Below are positions 54,686 through 64,000 of a stretch of 64,000 nucleotides of DNA, one piece after another. The translations under genes and the position numbers were made by a program. The DNA comes from Lophium mytilinum (Eukaryota): positions 1,429,673 through 1,493,672 of the forward strand of contig MU004188.1 of NCBI GenBank assembly GCA_010093605.1, given 5' to 3'. The notes under the pieces were generated by a model. It saw only the letters and a list, made by a program, of their open reading frames with translations, had not been told where the DNA came from and did not search any database. Every line of letters begins with the position of its first letter. Position 1 is the stretch's first letter.

Positions 54686-56560
54686 TCAAGTTCCAAACGG
54701 CCACATCTTCTGCCAAACCTCCCTCTCCTGCTCACTACCAGCAAATTCCTCGATAACCTGGTCCTTTATCTGCGCTAACGCATCTAGAGTCTCATCATAT
54801 TGGTCTGGCCTCACTATCCCCTGCTCAGGAAACAGTTCACCTATGCTCTCCCTGATTGAACGCATCGCGTCCATACCACGCACCACGCCTTCAACCTCAG
54901 CCTCCATCTCCTCCCGCTCCTTCGGCGAAAACGAAAACGGATAAGGCGAGCCTGCAGCTCCAGGAAGAGCGCCCCATGTTCCCTCTAACTCAGCCACTTG
55001 CGAGAGGTAGGATGCCTCGCCATCAATGAGGAGATTACGTGCTAGGAGTAGAAGCAAGTAGCTCGTCGTTTGCTGGAACTCAAGTGCAGCGTAAAGGCGT
55101 GGGTTTTGATGGTGAGTTAGAGTATTGTAGAGAGAGCAGAGTGATTGCTGTAGATATAAAGCCTCTGCATGCTTCTTCGCACTTGCATCAAGCTTGTCGA
55201 TATCTTCTGGTAGCTGAGGCCGCTCTAGACCGGAGACAGGCGGCCCGTCATAGTCGAGGATATGAGGTTGGCGGGCATGGAAGTAGAGGGGAGATATTTC
55301 GGTAGATTGCCAATCTATAAGGCCCACAACTTCGGTAGGTTGTGAAGGATTCACGAAGATGTTAGCAACGTGTAGGTCGTCATGCCAGAGGTGCGCCGAT
55401 GAGATAGCTTGATCTGTCGGGACGAGGAACTCGATCAGCTTGAGATAGCAGTGCAAAGCCTTAAGCTTCCTTTCTCTCGTCGGGTGGTAGGTGCCCGGGC
55501 CGCAAAGCGTTATTGGAGACTTGGGCAGGTGAGGAAGCTGGCGGACGCAGGCGATTTCTCGATACCCAATTGCCTTGTGATATTCTTCTAAAGATGGCCC
55601 TAGTACTTATTAGTCAAAGGAAAAGGAACTCGCTCTTGAAGACGGCTATCTTACATGGTCCTCTCTCAAACTTGATGGTCGCTCTTCCGTTGTCAATTGA
55701 TTCGCGTCCTGTAGATGGGCCAATGGCGAATCTCTTGTCTGTTATATCGATCCCATTTTCATCGACGTACAGCGGCTCGTTTCCCGTTGATTCGTCTAGA
55801 TCCTTTGCATAATATAGACTTCCAAACTTCTTGAAGGAAACTGAGGTCCAGGCTTTCTGGAAACCAGCAATGGTCTTGGTAAGAGCAAGTCTGTCTTTGA
55901 TATTCATACCTGGCCAAACAAGTTCTAGCTCGATTCCTGGCACCTTCTCCATGATGATATATTCTGCACCAATGGGATTCTCTTCGGCCTTGGAACTCCA
56001 AGTCAAGACTTTGGGAACAGGAGTTCTGAGGACATTCCGAGCCTGCGATAAGTTAGTCAAAGTATCTAGATGCAATGCACCCTGAGATGGAGCATACGAA
56101 ATCCATTGTTGCAACTTCGCTTGCAGTGGTAAAATGAGGTATGCCGGCATTTGGATTGGGAACTTTAGCCACAACTTGAGAGCCATTGTCCATGGTGAGA
56201 AGCATAGCCTTGTTGTACATGCCATCAGGATACTTCTCAATGCTAACACATGATTTCGCTCCGATAGCTTCAGCGGCGGAACGAGCTAGCTCGTTGACAT
56301 TGAAGCGGACTCGGCGCTGTGACATCTCAAACTCTTCATCACAAACGAAGCGCCCTCGAGTATAATTGAAGAGATCATCGCTATACTTTAGATCTGATTG
56401 AGTGAGCAGCACGACCAACGCTTCCAGAAAGGGATGGTTTACCAGGAAGCAGTGCTCGTGAGGCTAGCTGAGGAGAGTGGGCGCCATGGTTTGCCATAGT
56501 TCTCTTGGTTGATGCGTTCCAATGGCGGCCGTATCTGATTGATATAAAGTTTTTCCGCAT
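54686..56560 (-). CDS. APH/choline-kinase-like phosphotransferase family protein (Aim9-like); start uncertain
   Basis: Exons 56560-56443, 56393-56098, 56042-55655, 55599-54686, all with GT-AG introns. Motifs LFNYTRGRF, GMYNKAMLLTM, TTASEVATMDF, PVPKVL, YIIMEK, HDDLHVANIFV, GLIDWQ. Confidence 0.88.
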
Positions 56561-57753
56561 GTTCAAAAAGAAGAAGAGTTCCAACTGTGATCACATATTG
56601 ACTGGTGGGGGGCTTGTCGTGAGAAGACTATATTTGGTCGCGGAAAGTTTGGCATCGCCAACGACAGGGCTCGAAGCGCGCGCCAAGCACGCCCGTCACC
56701 CTGTCCAATGAAATAGCATTGGTCGTATTTAAAACAGTATTTAACGCTTCGCACCGTCCACTTTCTTTTGAAGTATTGCAGCCTAAATCTTAACTAATCA
56801 CCTTCAACTTTTCAAAAGAGATGCTTTATATAGTCGTTAAACTATGGGTTGAATTCTAGCCCGTAATAAAAGAAAATAGAGATGTTACCTAGCAAGAAAG
56901 ACACCGATAAAATCTAGTGTTCTGCCAGGATTTACCCTATCACGCTGGGTCGTACCCCTGTCACGCCTTTGCAATACGCCCTCAAAGCGTAGCTGCGAGC
57001 GTATTGTATTCTACCTACGTATAGTTCAGAACCAGTTGTATTTTTCAGAGCTCGAACGTGACTTCTATGCTAAGAGGACTAGGTCCTATTACCTAACAGC
57101 GTATAAGAAAGATAGCTTCAAGTCTGTTGCGATAACATGTTATAAGTGTGAAGTGGGCTGCGCAGAAAAAATGTGTCAAGCTTTGAACTATGTTTCGAAT
57201 ACGACAAAATCAGAACTACGCCACAACCTGTGCCACGCGGGCCCCAGGCGCCTGCGTACTGGAGGTTCATGAGTGGATATTGCTGAAGAGCAACATACCT
57301 TTGTAGCATGGGTAACAGCGCCTATTTCTCAACTGATAGGGTACCACTCCCGCATAGCAAAGATCATAGATGAAACCTCGCACTTTTCCCGCGCGCGAAA
57401 TTCGGGACAACATCCCTCAGGCTGTAAAGAAAGTGCTATATATAAACATTTCATATGTACATGCCATAACAGAAATGCTATAAAGAGCCTTCCCTCCAGC
57501 CAAATACTGATGCCAGCACATCGACCACACGAATACATCATCCCATTATCACTATCTTTCCGTTTGCGCAGTCTGTTCTTTACGGCCCCGTCCACTCTCC
57601 TTCCAGTCCTTCCCGTGCTGGTTGCCGATACAAGAAAATAAGCACTTACCTATCGAATCCACCAAACCTCTTCATCCTCTTACCCAGTAAGGCTAGCGCA
57701 GATTCCTTCCAGACCATTTTTATCAACTATCTGACGAAGACGATCCAGTCATC

Positions 57754-58125
57754 ATGAGTCGTTCCCTGAAGACATCCCTCCAAAGTCTCAAAACCTGGGT
57801 CTTCCAGAGCCCTTCACGCGTGCAGAAGATAGCAAGCGGGCAAGGAACCGCAGGAACGAGGGCTGCCCCAACTCAAGCCGGCCCCAACGACAAGAGCATC
57901 GGTTCACGATTAGACAACGGCGAAACATTCACCAAGAATGGAAAGCAGTACAAACGCTACAAGTTCCAGGTCAACAAAGGGGCGAATGATAAGACTTTGA
58001 AGCAACTAGCAGACAAAGATTCTCATAAAGTTTGGGCCCAGGCTGATATGCCTCTCGGGGAGGCTGACGCTCATAAAGCTACCGAGGCACTGTTTGATGA
58101 TCTGGAAAAGGATTTGAAAAAGTAA
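57754..58125 (+). CDS. Small Lys-rich hypothetical protein (123 aa)
   Basis: Clean ATG-TAA ORF in a good start context (atcATG). It is preceded by a canonical intron at 57687-57748 (gtaagg..ctgac..cag) and TATA-like elements at ~57437 and ~57479. Confidence 0.7.
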   Translation: MSRSLKTSLQSLKTWVFQSPSRVQKIASGQGTAGTRAAPTQAGPNDKSIGSRLDNGETFTKNGKQYKRYKFQVNKGANDKTLKQLADKDSHKVWAQADMPLGEADAHKATEALFDDLEKDLKK

Positions 58126-59438
58126 GGTAGTGATGGAACTATGGGACCTTGGACGCTGCCTCACCTTGTATTTGTTTTTGCGAATTGATTCCATTGCGAG
58201 TAGCTGAGGCTCCTCACGTAACTATTCTTATAAAATCTTCATCTTGGCGAAGCTTTCTCGTGATACGACTTTACATCTTGTACTCTTAGCTCCTTGGTGG
58301 AGTAGGAGAGTGTGACTTTGAAGATACTAAGATTGCCTGGGAGAAGCTGAGAAGCGAGAGGAGTGAACCGCGCTGTATGAAAACGGACAGGCGAGCTGAC
58401 AAATCTAGAGCGAGAAGACATCCCTTCCTATGCGCAATATCTCCTTCTAGAATACCCCAAAGGTCGATTCCTTGGCAGGTAACCTCTGGAAAAGACGTCA
58501 AAGGGCGGATATCGTGAGGAGGTCGAAGAGCGGAAGAGAGCCGAAAGACACTAGGTGAACAAGCGGGCGCAAGGAGCTGCGAGTTCGCAGCAGGAAGATG
58601 CCGAAGCCCAATACAAACGAGGCAGAGCAGATAGGATGGGCGCAGGATTGCTTCAATGAAGCTTGAAGGGGCGCAATGAGACTAGGACATGGCGAGGCGA
58701 CAGCGAGAGCAAAACGTTAGCTGTCAGAGGTGATATATGCTCATGCAGAGAAGGGGAAGGAGAAGAAAGAGAATAAGACGCGGTTGAGAATGGGAACGTG
58801 CAAAGTCAACGGTTCTTAGGTAGGTCAAAAGCGGCTGGTAGCCTCACTTGGCGACCATGCCCGAAATGAGATCTCACTAAACCTAAGGGGGACGGGAGTT
58901 ACCTTGAAGCACGTTACGAAAAATAGTCTTCTAAGAGTAGATCTTGCTTGAATTTTAACGGTAGGACTAGTTTAACAGTATCTAGTGAGAAGGGCAGGTC
59001 CATGTAATATAACAGGTGGAGTTCTATTGTAAAAGTATATATTCTCGTTCGCCTTTACGCTGCGTAGCCTTACCGTTCCTTATACTTACGTCCATGCCAA
59101 ATTTTCAAATATCCAGCCTTGTCTGTCCTGCTAGGCCTTCGAAAGCTTAGAATCTTGAACGCTGCTTAATGCCGTACCCTTGTAGGGTATTCAATCAATC
59201 GTTACTGTTTAGTTTACCCGATCTGCCTTGAGAACTACCTCTCTCCCTTCCCATCCCTCTCTTGAATCCATGATTGACACTGCCAGTCTCAAGTGGAGTT
59301 ATAGCAATATGGCAGCAGCGGAGAATCTTCACTGGTGTGATTATGCACAAACACTCCCAAAACGTCCTCACGTCCTTAAGCCCTAAAGCCATTACCGCAT
59401 CCACATCTCAACCTATATCACACTATCCCCATCTCAAC

Positions 59439-60842
59439 CTATATCATCACCATCCCCATCGCAACCACTCCAACCACCCACCACCCCATCCCCCCTCCCA
59501 CCCCAACCCTCCCCGCCCCCGACGACCTCCCCGTCTTCACAACCTCCGGCCACCCAACCTCCCTCACCCCATCCACCCGACATACAACCTCACACCCCTC
59601 CGCCCTCCCCGCCACCGGCCCACTCGTATTAAACACCGCCTCGACCCACTCCACCACCAGCACCGCGCTGCCCCCTTGCGCCATCTCCCCCGTCCAGACG
59701 CCGCCATCGCCCCAAAGGTTCATAAAAATGCCCGAGGGCTTGCGGGGGACGCTGTACATGCTTGAGGCGACGAGGGAGGCGTCGAGGAACCAGTGGGTGG
59801 CGTGCGCGAGCCAGTCGATGCGGTGGGTGTGGAAGATGGAGACTGGGGGGAGCTGGGTGGATGTGATGGAGGATTGGGGGATTTCGTTGCCTGAGGCGGA
59901 GAGGGAGGGTTGGTTGGTGTATCTGTGGGGTGTTGTTAGAGGAGTGGGGTTAAGGGGGGAGTAATAGGAGTAATGGGAGTAATGGGAGTAATGGGAGTAA
60001 TAGGAGTAATGGGAGTAATGGGAGTAATGGGAGTAATAGGAGTAATAGGAGTAATGGGAGTAATGGGAGTAATGTAGGAAATGTAGGCAATGTGGGAAAT
60101 CGCAGTTAAAGCGGCGCAAGAGGACAAAGAGTATCTAGACTCGACGTAATTGGGATTGGGTGACATCGAGCTCAAAGATGACCAACCTGATTGTGCCCAT
60201 GGGGTCCTGCGTCAAGATCTCGATATCGCTCTCGTTATCATCATCGGCGAAAGTGAAAAGGCCAGCGCAGGCCCCTTTGCTAGCCTCAGACCCATTGCGA
60301 CCTATCACCCGCGCATGGAAGCGGATGCTGGCATGTTTGATGTTTTGCTGAATGCTTTGAATCTCGGCCGTGAATTGGGTGTGTGAGTTGTTGCGGAAGG
60401 TATTCAGCGTTAGCGCTGTGATGTTGCTATCGTCACTGGTCACTATTTGAAGTATCAGCTTTAGATGCGTCTGGCGAATGGTATAAAAGTAGAATGGTAG
60501 AATAGGCCAGAGCTCCAGGGCTGAACCCCACTTACATATTCCCACGTTCTCCACCAGGTTGATTCGCTGTAGTGGAGCGTCCGACGACGCAGAAGTGTTC
60601 CAGCTCTGAATCGACCAGTCCGCATTCCATGCGTCGCTGGTCAAGTGGTCCGGCGTCAAGCTGCGGAAGTCCCAGAAGCGGTGGTATTTGAAGTAGGCTG
60701 TGTCGTTACCGCCGTTGATGATATAGCACGAGCAGTTGGGCGAGTTATCTTTGAGAGGGTTTGTCGTTTGATCGTCGGCGCGCGAGAGTGCGCAGAAGAC
60801 GCCTAATATGCTTAGTAGTGCAAGGAGTGTGAATGAGCGCAT
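59439..60842 (-). CDS. Secreted, probably GPI-anchored glycoside hydrolase family 16 protein
   Basis: Exons 60842-60536, 60442-60187, 59922-59439. Signal peptide, catalytic ExDxE (NESDIEILT), YTNQP, HRIDW, MNLWGDGG.WTG, and a hydrophobic C-terminus. Confidence 0.88.
59958..60074. repeat. 9-bp minisatellite (ggagtaatR x13) in GH16 intron 2
   Basis: 13 tandem units (ggagtaatg or ggagtaata), followed by about three degenerate units. Confidence 0.95.
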
Positions 60843-62094
60843 GGCTGCGGTGGAGTGAGCTGCCTGCTATGCTCGATCGGGAATGAACGAATGGCTGCGC
60901 TGTGGAAGCTGGATATATTGTGTGATTGAAAGGACGAAATGAATGAGTGATATCTGAGAGAAACCGACCAGAAATTTAATAGTGAAGAAGAAAAAAGATG
61001 ACGAGGTCACGATGGAGTCCAACCAGCGGGACGTGGCTGAGGTTAGCGACTTCACCATGAGGTACAGTTTTCTTGCGCATGCCGTGGCTAGTATGCGCGT
61101 GGCCGCAAGGGCGCAATTGGTCCTGTAAAGCTTTTTGTAAGGTTCTAGATCCTATGTTAATGAAGCAAGCTGAGAACACCGCTGCGCCTCCCAGGCCTTT
61201 TGGCGCTTGTAACGGTGCAACAGCGGGTGGGAAGCTGGTCCGCGTTTCGTTGCGCGTCTATGCATACGCTCAGATTAAGCTCATAGGGCTAGCTCTTTCG
61301 GGTGTGCTGAGCCACTGTTTGCCATGAGAGTGCGCGGTTGCACCAATAAATAGCTGGGAGGACAGTGCATGCCATCATATTAGTCTTTGAGCCCCGTCTT
61401 CACACCCTTACGATACGATACCTACAAGCTTGACCAAGATGCATTAACAGAGTCTGATATGCAGATCATTAGATGAGGGCTAGGCGGACTGTCAACGAGT
61501 GGGATCCTGCAAACAGTGGCGTACAGGCAAACGAACTCACAAATCACCACCCCCGAAGCCGTCCAGTTTATCTGCAAAAAGTTTGATTCTTACATCATAA
61601 CATATATACACTCTGGATGCAGGGGACTCAAGAAAACCAATGAGAAAGGAAACTAAAAAGGTGGTATAATTATCGAGGCAATACTCAAGAAAGACATACT
61701 AAGGAAAACAGACGCTCGGGTGCGTAATAGACCAGAACCCACACACAACGCAGCCCCGCACAAATAGTCCGCCCGTACCTAGGGAAAGGCGGGATATCGA
61801 ATCCAACGCAAGCAAAAGGGCCCTCCCTCCCTCTTAGCCTCTTTCCAACACCTTTTCTTTCTTTCCAACAAACTACTACTCCTCCTCCTACTACTACTCA
61901 AGAGATGATCGACGACAGCGGCGCGTACGTAACGGCTGTATAAAAAGCCAAAAAGGGATAAGACATGTTCCGAATAACACCAGCCCGCCGATCGGGTACG
62001 AAATGAACTCCCCAAAGCCCGCCCAATTTCATGAAAAAATAGTCTTCGTCTGTTTTCGGCCAATCTTTGTTGCCTGTCTATGTTCACTCGTCGT

Positions 62095-64000
62095 CTACTG
62101 GCCGATGTTGCTCATCCTCCCGTGCAGTGGGCGCTGGATGGGCTGAGCGTACTTCGACACTGGGACCATGTCGTTTGGGAGCTCCTGCTCGCCGTTGACG
62201 CTCTCGTCGTCGAGCTCGACGATCTTAGTCGGGACATCTGGGATGTCGTCCTGCTTGTATGGCTGTAGGCTATGCCTGTCCGGCGTCGTCGAATTGCTGA
62301 CCATCGACAACGATGTGCTTGATCGGTTGTTGTGGATCAGATCTGGAGTAGGAGGGATGCTTGAGTTGCGGTTTGGGTGCAGGTAAGAATCCTCCTCTCC
62401 AAAGTCACTACCCCGGCTGGAATGACGCTCGTGGCCGTCCTGGGAGGCCGAGGAGTGGCGCTTACGCCTATCGCTATGGTTCCCGTCTTCGCTATCTGCC
62501 TTTTGGGCAAGTTGCAGACCTTCCACGGCTGCGGCGCATTGCTCCGAGATGTTTCGGATGATGTATGCTATGGCGTCGGTCTTGTCCCGGAGATGCCTGT
62601 CGGCAACATCTGCCATGCTGAGAGTAGAGTAACGTTTCCGTGAAACGGGGCTGTTGAGTAAGCGGGACTCCATGTCAGGGGAGACGTCTTCGCCGTCAAG
62701 GTGCTTGCCGTCAACGGTGCTCGCGCGGCTGAAAGCTCGGGACGAGACGCGAGATTCCACGCCGGCAACACCGCGGATCGTCCCAACTTCAGAGGTATCC
62801 TTTTCATCTGGGTGCTCGAACTCCTCTTCGGCTTCCTCTGGAACATCCTCGAAACCTTCCTCAATGTAGTTTGTCAGTTCTGGGGTGGTGTTGAGTGACT
62901 TGACAATGTGCTCCATGTGGTGAGTCTGTCCGTCAATCAACGCGCGAAGGTGAAGCACCACACGCTGAGCCTCATCCCTCTGTCGTTGGATGGTGCCGTT
63001 GGTGTGTTGGAGCGCAGAAAGATCCTTCTTGTTGCGCTTCCTCTCACGCTCGAGCTCCTCGGCAATTTCTTGCTGCAGGACCAAGGCCTCCAGGGCATCG
63101 TCACGCTGCTTCTCCGTTCCAGAAAGACGGACAGTGAGGCGAGCAGTGTCATCCTTCTGTTGATCAATAAGACCAGTAAGGCGACGATTCTCGCGCTTGT
63201 GGCTCTCTATCTTGATCTTGAGGTCCTGGGTTTCCTTGGTGAGCTGCTCAGCAAATGCCTGGAACTTAAGGAACTGCTGCTTCCAACTCTCCAACTCCTC
63301 AACCAAGAAGTTGTTTCTCTTGGAAATTTTGGAGACCTCAGTGTCCATGCGAGTCTTGAGGTTGATGAAGTCTTGCCATGCCTCCATCGCATCGCGAGAG
63401 TATTGGTTACGCTCACGAACAATCTCGTTGAGATGCCTCATCGACACCTTGGTCATCAGTGGCTTCTTGACTGTGCCGCCGAAAATAGCCTTGACTCCGG
63501 TGTTACGACCCTGTAGTGCAGAATTAGCTTCTCCGTAATTGCGATATTGGGGCATTCAGCACGAACCAATTTCTCGCACACGTGGTCCATGACCGTCATA
63601 ACTGCATCTTGATTCCACCAGTCCGGGTCCTGGATGCTCTCCACCTCACCACGCATCACAATAATCTGACCAGCGGGGATCAGCTTTCCACCTCCGTACG
63701 CGGAACGCAGATGCGGTGGAACTCCAGTTGGTGCCACCTCCCCATTGAGGGCCTGGGTGAGACGGTTAATCATCTTAGTTCGCTGGCCAGGGCTGAGCGC
63801 AGTCGGGGGGCTGGACGTCAACACGAAGTTCCGGTCCAAGTCGACGACCAATGCATCGGTAGGGGCGGTGAACAGGGTGCGGCACTCGGCCGTGATACCA
63901 AGAATGTAAGGGCCAGGTTCCTGCACCAAGTCCTTAACGTGGCGTGCATGAACCACGGGAACGTACAGACCGCTCCATTCGTACACTCGTACAGAGAAAC
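62095..64000 (-). CDS. DENN-domain protein with C-terminal coiled coil (5' end outside the window)
   Basis: Exons >64000-63567 and 63510-62095 (intron 63566-63511). The segment WSGLYVPVVH...EPGPYILGI...ALVVDLDRN resembles the core DENN domain and is followed by a long heptad-rich region. Confidence 0.82.

Noticed and set aside
59936..60175. ORFs with (ITP)n or (YSH)n repeats
   Set aside because: Translations of the intronic 9-bp minisatellite, not coding exons.

Overview
Filamentous ascomycete (fungal) genomic DNA in two sharply separated halves. Positions 1-32348 are an AT-rich block, almost devoid of CpA/TpG and rich in TpA (RIP signature). It resolves into a nested transposon stack. A minus-strand Ty1/Copia element (5' LTR 32219-32348) hosts two Ty3/Gypsy chromoviruses (B and C). 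B carries two copies of a third Gypsy family (A1, A2), and C's 5' LTR is split by a Tad1-like LINE. Several target-site duplications are still readable, and a ~1 kb duplication around a 10-N gap looks like an assembly artefact. Positions 32349-64000 are ordinary intron-containing euchromatin: an F-box-like protein, an orphan ORF, NAR1, an Ime2-family kinase, an aquaporin, a hemerythrin/HHE protein, dipeptidyl peptidase III, an APH/Aim9-like phosphotransferase, a small unknown protein, a probably GPI-anchored GH16 and the 3' part of a DENN-domain gene. I found no convincing novel multi-gene system. The most notable signals are the TE nesting with a base-sharp RIP boundary, a non-canonical GC donor intron, a recurring intragenic C-to-G skew flip and candidate uORFs upstream of ime2. 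All calls come from reading the sequence by eye; no database searches were run.
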